Origin: Balanoglossus misakiensis
Lineage: Eukaryota > Animalia > Hemichordata
Assembly: GCA_040954595.2 (NCBI GenBank)
Contig: CM082576.2
Location: forward strand, 9,303,129-9,367,128
Reading direction: 5' to 3'
Length of the DNA stretch: 64,000 nucleotides
Shown here: piece after piece, positions 38,901-52,500 of the stretch
How the letters are laid out: every line of letters starts with the position of its first letter
Position numbering within the stretch: position 1 is the first letter of the stretch
Program-made: the position numbers and the translations under genes
Notes under the pieces: model-generated
The model's input: only the letters and a program-made list of their open reading frames with translations
What the model was told of the DNA's origin: nothing
The model's database searches: none

Positions 38901-41900
38901 GCCATTTTAATGGAAAACGCAAATGTCGTTCTTAATGGCCACCGTTCTAAATCGTTCAGTCGAACATCATCTGCCCCCTTCTGTATAAATTTTCTCTCTG
39001 TTATAAAGAGAGAGAAAAAAAATGTTTTGAACGCGGTGTTTGCCCGTACATCCTGGGGCAAAAAATACAAATGTACTCGGATACAATTAGCCGAAGTACG
39101 TTGCGGCCACGGAGAGCGACGTCAAATGAATGGGGCGGGCACCAGAAGGCAGTCGAAACATTCGACCTATTAGCTGTTGATGAACTGCTGTAGCCCGCAT
39201 TCAACACGTCATTCCGTGTGCCTAAAAACAGCACGAATTCAATCAACTACCCCGCTCTGTGCCAAGCCAAACACTGAAAAGTTGGCTAGCGAAAGGTAGC
39301 TTTAGGCCAACGAGCACCGTGACGTCACCAGTATTATTTTACCGGGGAAATGTGCGCATGATCGAATGGCCCAAAAGAAAAGAAGCTCTCTTTTCCATTT
39401 TTCATGATCGAAAGTTCTCCGGCGTTTTAGATAAAAATCACTTTATTTGCGACATCACGTATTTAAAAAAAGATCTTGAGATATTATACTGCCGCGAGAA
39501 TTTATAGTGCTGTGCGCAAAAGCTGTGGCGCAGCGCATATGCGTCACACTCTACGAACCCCGAGTAAATATTCGTCTGATACGTGACAGTTTAAGATTTG
39601 CATATTCCTTTGGATTGGATTTTGCAAAATGTGTAAAACGGATTATGTTTGTCGCTAGGCGTAATTCATCTTTTTTATTTTCTGTCTTCATGATGTTCGG
39701 CGGGGATGGAGACTCTGCCTGGGGACTCGGGGGAATGTTGGGACCATCAAATATATTCAACTTCAAGGGCGATGCAGTGACATGTTAAATTTGCGCCATT
39801 CTGTATCTGTTTTGGGAGCAATAACTCCTCGTGGTACAGAGTAACTGGTCTTCAGATTTCAGGAAATGATTAATCATGTCATTGAAACACCAATTCCGGT
39901 CACTTTCTGGTACCAATCTTTTTCCCAAACTTGAGCCGGGCCGCACCGAACAATCGGCGTGGACATAAAGGAAGTCCCCCGGCATTCCGTTGTATTGTTT
40001 GCAGGTGAGCTATCTTAATGCCACCCTTGCATTGTCAGTCGGCACGTTCAAATGAGATTTCCACTGGCTTTCAACAATACCAAGGCCATGTGCACGACTG
40101 AAGAGCATCCCGGCCCGCCCTCCATGCTGCGACGAGGCTTTCGGCCAGACTTTGAACCGTGCCGGGTATACTCTCGGCCTACGCATCGCCGCTGGAGTAC
40201 ATGTCGCCGGCCAGGACGTGGTCACTGAGAAGTGCCACTTTTGCCGCAAAAGTTCACACACTATTGAGAGAGAGAGAGAGCGAACCCTTTTCCCTCTCAT
40301 TCGAGTCTGCATAACGTCTATACGCTCTAACGCAACACATAACTGTGGTTTCGCTGTACAAATAAACGGAGCAGGCTCTTCCTTTAGAAGCTATTCTGAA
40401 AACTACAATCATCATTAGTACAAACACACACGTACATATGTGGTCGGGAAAGTGTAAGTTGACCGGAGGAAAACAGGCTGATGTACACACGTGAGGACAA
40501 ATGGTAAAGCACAGTCAGGATGAATGGTGTGTTTTTTTAAATCTATCATAACCCCAGCCTCGTCATATTACTGGTTGTTTGAACCATATGCCGCCGAGAG
40601 ATCATTCGTCCTAACTCGACCGAAAATCACAACATCGCGGCCACGTTTGAGCTGTTGAGTGTTTGGACGTAGATCGGGTTGCTCGCGATTAATCATCGAA
40701 CCCGAAACTCGATCACGGTGATGACCTGATTCGATGATCGCGGTGACAAGATGACTTACGATTTGTTTCCACCTCGCTCTCTCGCAAAAGCCATATAAAG
40801 AGTCCCAGACTTGGAAACCCTACCTCTGTTTTGAAACACCTACGAAAAATACACACTGAAAATCCAGTAACTACACCGGCCGACAATGTAAACGCGCACG
40901 TAAGCTTCCCCCGAGGGTTGGGGGTCGAATTCAAGTCACGTTTCACCCCCCCCCCCCCGAAACAGATAAACGAACTTTTAATTTTTGGTCGCTTTTACAC
41001 GGGGCTGCCTCGCTCCCTTGTTTCTCTAACAGAGCCAGGCTTCGGGCTACAGACATGTTACGCTTATTATACACAAACCCAGCAGACCACGGAGAGATGC
41101 ATTTTCCACTCAGAAAAGGGTCCAACTTGAAGTAAGCTGGCATTGCACACTGTGTCGATGAAATATTCATGACACGTCTGGGAGTGGGATTACCGCGAAT
41201 GCGAGTGATCCGAGCCGAACTGCCGAAAATTGCTATCCCTTGACCGGATTAAACTGTAAAAAAGTAAGCCATCTTTAAAAATATCCGCGAAGAAGATAAA
41301 ATTTTGGTATTTTTGTCAAGGTTTAGGCAAAAATACCATATTTCAGTATTGCGCTTGTCTATCTACTACAGTTACTGCAGCTTATACGAAAACCGCATTC
41401 AAGTTTGGACTGGAACTCATTTGCCAAGAAAAAAAACAATGATCGTTGCACAAATAGAAGCTACATTGTGAAGCCGTTAACTATGGTGGGAGTACAGCAA
41501 GAAATCAATGTCCATTTAACTGCAGTGAAAAACGCTGGTAATTCAACATGGTAGAATAACAATAACTACACATTGAACAAACACTGGAAACATTGAACAG
41601 TTGCTGCTTTTGGTTCACTCCAGGACCTCATAGGGAATAAAAACTCCGAACGTGGAAGAAGAGCTTTAGGGCGTCTAACACGAGAATCCCCACATGAAGA
41701 AGGTTGAAAGCACACGGGACAAAATTGAAGTAGCCATGTGGGATGCATCACGCTGATCGTTGATAAAAGAAGCGCATGCGTTGGGTTCGTTGTATTTTTT
41801 TCACGAAGCGAAGAAATTAAATTAGCCAAATACTGTGTTTTCCCCTTTTGCAGTTAATTGGTGTACTAACTCCACGGGATCTGGTTTTTAAGTGCAAGGG

Positions 41901-44900
41901 CCACGCGAGCAAGACTTCTTTGACAAAGGTCATCTTTCATTACATGTAAACACCATCGTTTTTTTTTCGCACAAATTTGCAATATTTTGAAAGGAAAACA
42001 AGAGACGATTTTTAACCGATGCGTGAGTTGGTCCACAGTTTTCACTTTGCACTGTGATGTGTACTCGTTTTTTTAATGCGATATGCCACCGCGGGCAAAA
42101 TAGGAATATTTCACACCAGGAACTCGAAGAAGAAACCAAAAACTGGCGTCAGCTTGAAAAAAAAGAGAGAAAATCACTATCTCGACGACAGAGCTTCATT
42201 CAAGTTTTATGTTGCACAAATTATTCATGGCTCTTCGCAGAAATGTAAGATTTGGAGCGATTCTTTTATAATTCAACATCGCAAGATGCCCGAAATATCG
42301 CCGCGCTTATACGTGTATGATGGAGTTGGGCAGCAGTACGGTGACCTATCAAATTGCGTGTAAATACTGGAGTTAAAACGAGAAAACGATGGCATGCATT
42401 TTTTTTCTACTGACCTGATACGCTTGAAGCTGGTGGTAGTCGGGTGGAATTTTGCATTTAGTCGAGAGCACGAAAGCTTCGTGGAAGCAAAATATCCACA
42501 GCTATACAATGGCGTGTAACAACAGCGTGATTTTGTATTGTATTAAATCGAGAGAGGAAATGGTCGATCGAGTCGAAGTGACTCGAGTTACAATGGTTAT
42601 ACGAACAATTTATATTATAGTGCATTATAGTTTCAGTTTGCTCATCGATTGTGATGCGGTGCGTTTACCTTCCATTCAGCTCCACCGCGCTTTTCGCGGC
42701 CGAGCTAGGGAGTCCATCGGAAGACGAACCCTTTTAACAACGAGGGAAGCGTTTGGAACCCGAGAGTAGATGAGTTGAAAATGTGCCCCCGAGCAAAACA
42801 GTATATTCGATTTTCTTGGCCTTCCCTCTCAATTTTACAAACGTTTTCAGTTTGGGAGAGAGAAAAAACGACAGGGAGCAGACAACCCAGGTTGTCGGTT
42901 GTACTTTTGATCGTCCAGATTGACTCCAGCTATCGCCAGGTCGGCCGCGAGAAATTTGCATGGTTTACCTTAATTTCAATCCAAATTTCGAGAGAAAAAA
43001 TGCGCTAAAATTCAGTTGCACCGACGCAGAAACTCGGCATAGCGTACATGCAAGTGGCGGAGGGGGTGCAGAGAGGAATCTAACAATCGCTATGCAATAT
43101 AAACGAGCTTATTTCCTCCACGTCAGAATAAAGGAATGGGTAATTGTGCCGCAGGCTATGGTTCCAGAACGCGTTGTCTTTTGTGCGTCTCTTCCATAAT
43201 CAGAAATTAGCGATTTTGCACCAAGTTGGAGACAACCCCTCCGAACAAAGCATCTTTGATTCACCCATCGCGAAAACACAATTACTGCTGGGCCGCCCTG
43301 GCTCCCGCACATTTAATTCTCCCTCCCCTAATTGAAAATTTCAAAGCCAGGACTTTATTATATCGATATCGCTGACGGTGCGTCGCGGTATTCATGTCGC
43401 CAAAATGACTTGAAATTTATACATTATGGTTTTTATTCCCCGCTACAGATTTCATTTAATCTGGGCGAGTATCGGGTCACGGTTTGCCTGTCTTCACAGC
43501 GAGTAGACTCCATTAACTTTGTAATCTGCCATCATCGCTATTATCTCGGCGTGGTGTTGAGTCGGAAATTTCTTTTCCCTAACTTTTTTTTTCAGTGAGA
43601 GATTGATTTGACCTCTCCCGTCTTGCCTATCGTCTCCGGGGTTAAAGTAATTTCACGCTCGGTAGGTGATATAGATATTTCAAATATCAAAAAAATCTAT
43701 TCTCGGGAGATGGGTCTAATAATACTACACGCGGATAGAAAGCGTGCATGCAGTTCCATTCGTTTGCTTCCTTGAAATCGCATTCCGAAGCAGATCCCCT
43801 ATCTCATCAGGGGCGCACGTAATGTTTAACCCAACATGCTAAGGGATTTGAACGTATTTTATTTTATATTCGCGTTAGATAGGCACAAATTTTGATATTA
43901 GCTGCAGCGTCAAACTGGAGGCCGGTAAAAATCAAATCCGGCGCGACTGTTGCCGGGGCAACGGATGTAGTCCATGTCCCTGCGTTGACCCCCCAGCACA
44001 AGCCTTGCATCCGAGTACCAAGATAGCGCGACTTCGTTATTCACTATTCTATCACAGTACGTCATGTCACGTTTTAACATGATAATTGCGCGTTTCCACC
44101 GCTGTTACGCAAATCGCGACTAAAATGGTTAGCATCGCATTTTCCTATTTTGTGTGTGAATTACATCAGTTTTGGTTAATAGAAGTCCCATTACCCAAAC
44201 ATCCGAACCAACCGTGTTTAAAAGTAGCTAAGCCCCGACTGCAGTCGATGGGTTGTCGAACGTGACGCATGCGTGATCAAGTAGCGGAGAAAAACCATCT
44301 CCCCGGGCTCACGATCTGTTTATAAGTTGTTTTCTTATCCCCTGCCACACTACGGTACATACCAAATTGGTCAAGAACCTGAACCGTGTTGATGGTGCGC
44401 TGGATGTGTTGTGATTGTCAGGGTCTCTATCAGACTGGCCCAGATTACACCTGTCGATATTGAAGTACATAAATGTGTTTACTTTGTACACCTGGACCAA
44501 CAACTGCTGTGCTAAGGGACAATAGCAAACATCAAATGTAGCTTGAGGCAAGACCGCGCCGGCTTTAAGTTTAACAGGATTTTACACGGTTCTTTGGAGT
44601 TTAGAATCGTTGATCAGCTTTGTCTTATTTTTAAAAAAATTTGGCCAAATAATTTAGTAAGATTTGCATTTTGTTTCGTTTACAACTACTACACTATCAA
44701 ATTAACAAACACGAAAGGCGATGTGTGTTGAATAGAGGCCAAAGGTTGTTTCCATGGCTACGAGCGCTCATCAGAAGAGGGACTCAGATCGGTAATTCGT
44801 TTGTGATAATACTGGCATAACCCTTAGATTGCTGTTTACAACAGTTACTGTCAGTGCGATACTTCAGTTCCATCAGATAAAACAGTCCAATTTCGACCTG

Positions 44901-47107
44901 TGATAAAAGGGCGTTCAGTTATGACTATATGATCATAGATAGAATGTCTATCAACAGAATAGTTGCAGAAATCGACAGATGTGAAAACTTGGCCAGATGA
45001 AAGGTAAAAAAACGCCGGATGAGCTCATCATGTGTCGGTGATTTAGAAGAGGGGTGAATCACCGTTTATCAATATTTTAATAGTTGAATTTGATATTTTC
45101 CATCATGCTGTTACATCTTGCGTGAACGAATCTGATATGACACACTGCCGACTATGAGCTGATACTGATACGTTACTATCAACAATGCATGGTTGGAAAA
45201 TGAGATTTTACCAGCTTTGGGGGCTTCTAGTCTGCACCTGGCTGCAGTTATGTAGTTGATAGTGGCCTCGGAGGCAGATAGATAGACAGACTGAGGGTAA
45301 CAAAGACAGCCAGATGCTCACTATGATATATGGCTAGGTAGAACATGAAGGGGAAGATGAATACATAGGCATTTGGGTAATTTGGTCGGAATTGATGATG
45401 CACTGTACTTTTCAACATGTTCGTGGATTTGAGTGTAAACTGTAAAATGCTTTTGAAAAGATTCAATCGAGTCTCGACGAAGTGGGAGGAAAGCGGCCGT
45501 AGCTAGCCCCCGCGCTCCGATAATGAGCGCAGCTTTGGGAGCGTACGCGCGCGCGCTCTCAGAGGGTCACGGTTCGGATCAAACGGTCAGCCCTTGCGGG
45601 AAAGAAACCGTCTCAGCCGGCCCCTCCTTTCCATTTCCGTCGTAAATGAGATGCCATCTCTGATCAAGTTTCTCTGTCATCTTATTTCATAATTGTTAAC
45701 CCCCGATATCAAGCCAGTGAACCGTCCCGCGTTTCCGCTCTCAAGAGTGCGAAGTTTCTTGACACCGAACCCGCAATTGATCCGCAACTAAAAAAGGCGC
45801 ATGCGCGACATCGCCAGCAGATCGATCTGCCGTCACGATCGAAATTGGTAACATTTAATACCTTCTTTCATTTTATGGCTTTGTACTTGAATGTTCTGTA
45901 TATTTGCAACCAATCGGAAATTACCCATCCAAACACACAAAACACCAGCATGATAAGAGAGCCGTTCGTGCAAAAAATAATTTATGCACCTTGGGGTCGA
46001 AGAATCTCTGACAACCGGTGGTGATGGTGATTTGCTTCCACGCTTCGTCTAATCACGAAGCTATTAAGGAGACTCATTCAGCGTCCTGAAATATCTTTGT
46101 TTTAATCGAAATCCTTGACATTTAGTAGAACGGTCTCTTTCTCGATTTATCGTACGGCACGTATCATGTTCCCCCGGTCAGTGAGACTGATACTGATAAC
46201 CACCACCACCACCAGCCCGCAGATATCAGACCTCCCCTGTTTTTGGTTCAAACAGCTGCGGGATACAACGCATTCACCACCAGCGGGCATATTAAGTTTT
46301 TAAAACAACCCAACCCCGTTATACTTCTACTACCGGTTGTCAATATCCACCTAAATGCAGGGAATTAGACATTTTCCCCCGTTAATTATGGAAGAGTCGT
46401 TTCTTTAGCCCACAGGTTGAGTCGTGATGCACGAAAAACTACTTTCATAAGTGCACGGCTACGTGTTTTCCATCATACCAAATTAAATGGAAAATCTCCC
46501 GAGGTTGTGACGAGGAATTAAACTGGAAGTAAAAAGGGGTCATATCATTTAAGGTCTCTCCGATGTGGCGATGGAAGCTTTCTTTTATTTTCTGATCTAG
46601 TCCTTTAAGGCGGTTGGGATGTATGCGTATCCATGGAAACTAGTGAGGGGGACTCTACCGTTTTGCAAGTTTACCCGAGTTCACCCACAGAAACATCACC
46701 AATAATCAAATTAATCACATTCTTTTAATGCCTGTATATCTACGTTCGGTTCGCCGGTGATATAAGAATATAAACGGTTTAATTAATAAGATTTCACAGT
46801 TGTAAATATAGGTGAAAATGTTATGGCCGCCTTTTGCGGAGATGCATATTGTGAAATGTTTTCCATGCGCACAACCCGTAGTAGAAAGAGCAGACGATTC
46901 GGTGGAAAACACTTGGACAAACTAACGCGGTGTCCGACAGTACAAGGTCGCCATTAAACTTTTTTGAGACGTTGTGAACTTGATCACTTGAAAGTGATGT
47001 GTTTGGTATATCAGATCGTTCAAGTACTTGCGTGCCCTACTGACACACATTGAACACTGTTCGACTTCTTTTGACGCCATTATGTGCCAGTGCTTCGGAC
47101 TTGGCCG

Positions 47108-47313
47108 GGGGTGGACCATTTAATATTCTTGGGAAGGGGGCCTGGAAGATTTTCGAGGAAAAAAAAGATTCCTAGCAAAATGTCAAAGCCAGAGAAGGCT
47201 TGGAAGATGGCGCACTAAGGTGAGTGAAAAAATGGCCAGTGGATCAGGTACAAAAAGATTGCAACCCCATTCTTCCAGACCCCCCCCCCCCAAGATATCA
47301 AATGGTCCACCCC
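47108..47313. mobile_element. MITE of about 206 bp with about 42-bp imperfect TIRs containing G/C homopolymer tracts
   Basis: Left GGGGTGGACCATTTAATATTCTTGGGAAGGGGGCCTGGAAGA versus reverse complement of right GGGGTGGACCATTTGATATCTTG(G)nTCTGGAAGA. The right flank is TTA; the left TSD is not preserved. Confidence 0.75.
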
Positions 47314-48382
47314 TTATAAAGTGATACGCAAGATTTCCTTCAGTCATCACTCGGTGTATACCCGTGACATGGGAGATACCGCTACGGTTCCAGAGTCTGG
47401 TTGGCGTGATGCATTTTGCTATATCGCTCAACAACTGGACGTAAAAGCCGAAAGTCAAGCCTTGAGACAAGATGGGATCAGAATCTTGCAACGATGGCGG
47501 TCTATGAGAGCGGCGGAGCCACATCCGGGACTCTTATTGGACCCCTCCCACCACTGTACATGTTTCGGTAGTAGTTGATTGATTGTCGAACTGAGAAACA
47601 AATTGCGAAGTGTGGCAATATTTCTCAAGGGTATCGAGGCTTTCTTGCGAAGAAGCAGAAAAGTGAGAAATACAAGCCCACCCACGGTGGTACATTTTTT
47701 ATGCGAATATCCTTTAAAAAAACACATCATTTTCCCCCCTATTCTGGTGGTTGGTGATTGATTGATATCATTGGCAACAATAAGACGAATGACGGCAAAG
47801 CAGTTTAATCATTACCTCCCGAAATGCATATAATAAATAGTCTGCATTGGAGTGTGGAGATAATTTAACTTGGGAATAATTCCAAGTGTATTTTTTCCTG
47901 TACATATCATCCAAAAACGTGGCCGCCTTCACGAAACACGACACAAAAAACAGAAGAAGAAGATATCAGAACAAACTCATGCAGGTTTTAGATGAAGCTA
48001 GCCAGAAGGCAACGCAGATTCGCAACGTGTATACTGCTGTCAGTGTTACGTTCGTTCGTTCAGTGGTTTTATTTACTTCGCGCAGTTCACACTGGTACTA
48101 CACTTACGACGTTTTGTATGTTTTTTGTTTGGTGAAAGTTAAATTTTACTTCACTGCCAGCCCCGCTGTTCCACTTACGTAAAATAAATATGACCCCTTG
48201 CTACCTCAGCTCGTTGCGTGGGAGCACCGTCGCTCCAGTGACATATGATGGAAGATCAACCAATCCGCGTAAAGTGAAACACAGCAGGTTTTGATTGTTA
48301 CCACTTTATGTTCATCAGCGCGACTGTGCACAAGAGAAAGATCATAATAATTGTACGCAAATTTATTTTGGGGGAAGGTATG

Positions 48383-48466
<84 letters not shown>
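48383..48466 (+). repeat. Perfect (ATC)28 microsatellite
   Basis: Direct reading. It explains the poly-H, poly-I and poly-M ORFs in the track. Confidence 0.97.
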
Positions 48467-48467
<1 letters not shown>

Positions 48468-49454
48468 CACGGCGATACTCCTTTAACGCTGGCGATGTAG
48501 CGTGGAGTCGTTTCGCCGGCATATGCGCGCGTTAAACGACATCATCAACCGAGACGAATCAATATTAATGTGTGTTACCCACTCTCTTGACAATACCAAC
48601 AGCTGAACAATTTACTTTTAACTCCTTTTCATTTATTTTAATGCCCGACGCGGCGAAGCCCATATGCATACAAATGCGGTTATCCGAATTCACGAGGACC
48701 TGAAAATAACCCTATGGCTGATATGAAACTGGTAGAAACGATCGATACGGCGCTAACTTGTCGAACACATTTTCGATTTTCCCGCCCAAACAAGACACAT
48801 TGATCAGGTGTCATGTTGCACAGCACACTCGCCTTTTATTGGCCCGACTCCCTGAAATATTTTCAGAGCGACGCAGTCGTAAACCTCTTTTTTCCGAATA
48901 TCTGTTTGCCAAGTCTAAAATGTATTACTCGGTCTGTTCGGATTTGTCGTTCTAAAATTTGCTGTCAGCCACTGAATTGTCGGTCATCAGAGTACTGCTT
49001 TCAGCCGACATTTGGGCATAACTGTTAGTTATTACTACATAATTATTAGTCTCGCACAATGAAAGCTAGCGGATCTGCGACGGCCGACATTTCAGTAGAA
49101 TTGCTGTATGAAAAACAATAGAAACGATCAAACAATATTGACTGAAATAAAATGGGAGGGGAGCGTTTTCCCTCTTAAAGCGGGCCTGGTTTATTTGAAC
49201 ATGCCTTACGGCACACATGCATCCCGCGCACATCTTTGACAGGTTTTTTCTACGCCTGGAGACAACTGGATCCATTAGTAGAAGACCTCCATTCGCGACC
49301 GGCTTCCTTGTTCGTGCTCGCAATACAACGTGAAAGATCATGGAAATTTCAGTCGGGACTGACCTTCTGTTTCCGATGAACCTAAATTATGGAATCTCCC
49401 AGTGACAACATAACTCTTCAATATGAAACTACCACACTGACAATGTGTACGTCG

Positions 49455-49536
49455 TCTGGACGGATGGACACACGGTCAAACGAAGCCACATCCGGTCCAT
49501 CAGTTTTCCCCAAGGACTTCGTCCGTGGGGACTTAA
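49455..49536 (-). mobile_element. Terminal fragment of a Helentron/DINE-like non-autonomous repeat (hairpin plus GTCC-type tetranucleotides)
   Basis: 11-bp stem TCCCCAAGGAC-ttc-GTCCGTGGGGA (1 mismatch) near GGAC/GGAT tetranucleotide units. A related diverged copy lies at 24567. Confidence 0.45.
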
Positions 49537-52500
49537 TCACCTTTAGTGCCAACAAACTGTTCGATTCTCCCGGAAATGGACATTATGTTGAAAAAGGGGA
49601 ATGAGATTCCAATGGAATTGAAGTCAATAGTTTCCCCATTGATGCTTCTTAGCGTACAAATAACACGGAATTAGTCTGTGCGGTTTACTGGTTTGGCGCC
49701 GCAAGATTTTCTCGATTACCTTCCCAAGCCGTGACATCCATCGCTATAAAATCGTGATCACTTTATTTGTTTTTCCTCGTTTAGTACGGTACTACCCCCA
49801 TTAAGTTTGGAAACGGCACCATTTCGCTCTCGCGACGTATTCCCCCAGCGCCTGGAAGAAACGCCCGAAGAAAAGCCCAGCTTGACATCTGGGATAATGA
49901 ATTGACACCGGGGAGTTTGTCGCTTCCGCTACCGCCAGCGCGTTTACGGGAGCGGAGGGAGGCGTAGAGATGTCACGGAGGGGGCAGTGCAGAGGTTGCG
50001 GCGTCGGTTTGTTGAGACGAGGAGATACACTTCATGCACTCAATAAAATAGTAACTCCCGCTCATAAACAATTATGAACGCCCGGTTTGATAGACTCTGG
50101 GGAGGTATTAATAAACTACATGTAATTACCTCATACCTGGGGTTTCTTTCACTGTCAGAGACGGATGTGATTATGCAATGCTAATTGAGTCCTTAATGTT
50201 CTTGCAATTTGTATTCATAATAAACGCGCGTGAGGAAATGCCATTTGAAACTAGCAATCGTAAAATCTGCGATGCACAGTAGTACATTGTAAATGTTGGA
50301 AATTCTTTCTTACAAAAAGCGTGGGTTACATTTATAGGGTGAACCACAAACCTGGTATAAAGGTTAATGTACGATTTTGCAAATAGACCTAAATTCTCCC
50401 ACATCATTTTCTTAGAAAGTGGAACTTTCTGCGCAAAAAAAATGTATAATACATTTCCTGTTTGACATCGTTTATCAACCACATACCAGGGCTGAATGGT
50501 TGTGTCATGGCTGTGATCGATAGTATGAGACATGACTGCTGGTGGACGGGCGGAGGTATCGAACAAACTTTCTTTGGCCAGCGAAGATGGGAGAGCACGC
50601 GGACCGAGTCACACAGAGTCACGTGACATAGCTAGCATAACCAATACCCACAATGCAATTCTCAGGGGAAATTTACTATAAATAAGAATGGAGTTACCGT
50701 TATAACTGATTCGATTCCGCCGCGCTCGAGTTTCATAAAAAAAATAAGAAATGCGCGGAAACAAGGTTTGCTTTTGCAAGGAAGTGCCACGGGCAGACGG
50801 CGCGGTTTCACAGACACCGCGCCACGGCGCTGGCAGGGAAGAACGCGGAGCGCCAGAGACGCGGCCCCGAAGGGTACATAGTATAGTTCCGACATGCACG
50901 GTTTTAAATCATGTGGACGAGAATTGGAGAATACATTATGGATTACTCACACGTGAAAGGACACTAATACCGACTGATAAAAGTTTTAATGCACTTGATT
51001 GGCATTTAAACGGCGATCACACGCGGAAACAATACTCATCATCGGAGAAAATAGGCGACATTAACGCCACACGCAGCCATCCGATTGAATATAAATTACA
51101 TGCCGAGGAAGATTTCATGGTCGACTGACGAACCGGGCAGCATCTTCGGAGACGCATAAAACTCGCAGGGGTTTCAGTGCACGCCGGTATAGTTTGCCAG
51201 GTGACAGATGTGCACCAGGTGTTCTGGCGATTTGTGCGGGAAGTCGCCTTGGAAGGAGGTGCGTGGCCAATGAGAGAACAGATTTCGGCTCGGGGCAATA
51301 TTGGTATGAATAAATAATGAGATCGGGAAAGTAGGGCGCGGTTCTGTTTCATACATTTCGAAGAACTTCGGAGAATCTGGCTGGAGCACGGTTGAGAGGC
51401 TTCATCTGATCCGGAAAAGCACCGAGAGACAGAACACACCACCAGGGAAATTCAAAGCGAGTTTTCGACAATCACCTTGCATTTGCCATTTCCTCCACGC
51501 GGTCATCAAAGAATGATTTCCGTCTCAAAAACCCAAATCCAAAAGTACAATTGTTGTGAGATTCTTCCCCAAAAAATCGACAGCGGTTTTGTAGAGAATT
51601 TCGTCACATCACCAGCCTTTGAGGCAGTGGGGTTCAAGAGGAAATTGTTGACCAACCCCCACCTTTTTTAAATACAATGTATAGTGACTTTGTGTACTGT
51701 AAATACCTTGTCACTCATTGCAATTTATGGTCCGTACCGAAAATATGTCACCAGGTATACCTGCGATTAACTACGATTCTCTGCATCCCAGTAAGCATTA
51801 CAGCATAAATAGCTTATACACAAAAAAACTTGAAAAAGAGTTATAAACGATAACGACTTTGTGTCGTTTACGTTTTGGAATGCAACAAGCCCGAACCCAG
51901 GACTAATTAAATTTGCAACCCAATAACCCTCCGCGCTGTAGGCATTGAATGTGACGTCAAGGAATTTGATTTTCCCGTCAATGATACCCATCTTAAAATC
52001 CATTCGAATAAAATGAGGGAATTTACCCAAGCTTTACAGACGTTTAAGCTATTTTAACGGGTGCGTCGGAAATAAGCAAACGTGGTCCTACAAAAATCAC
52101 TGGCGTAATGTCAATGAGTATCAGAATCTAAAACACACACCTCGGCATGTTAGTAATGTGCTTCGAATAACCTATAGTCACAATTACCGGATAAAATTAT
52201 GGTCGGTTGGGAATTGGAGCGAGGTTATACCAAGACACGCGTTTACGGCGGGGGGGGGGGGTATTCTCCAATAAAATGAGCACTGCCAGGTACTGTAATT
52301 TGATGGTAAGCAATTAACGTATACGTGCGTCTGTGTTCTTGTCGCCTCCATGCATATTTGTCGCCCTGCATTTTGTTTATATGTTTGGGGATTTGACTTG
52401 TTTGCTTTGACTGACGTGCAAGCATGTCAAGGGCTTTTCAAGGTTGCCACAAACACAAGGACCGCGCCAGAAACGACTGGCCACTATCGAGCTTTATGAG

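Noticed and set aside
48295-48535. Poly-His, poly-Ile and poly-Met ORFs
   Set aside because: These are translations of the (ATC)28 microsatellite.
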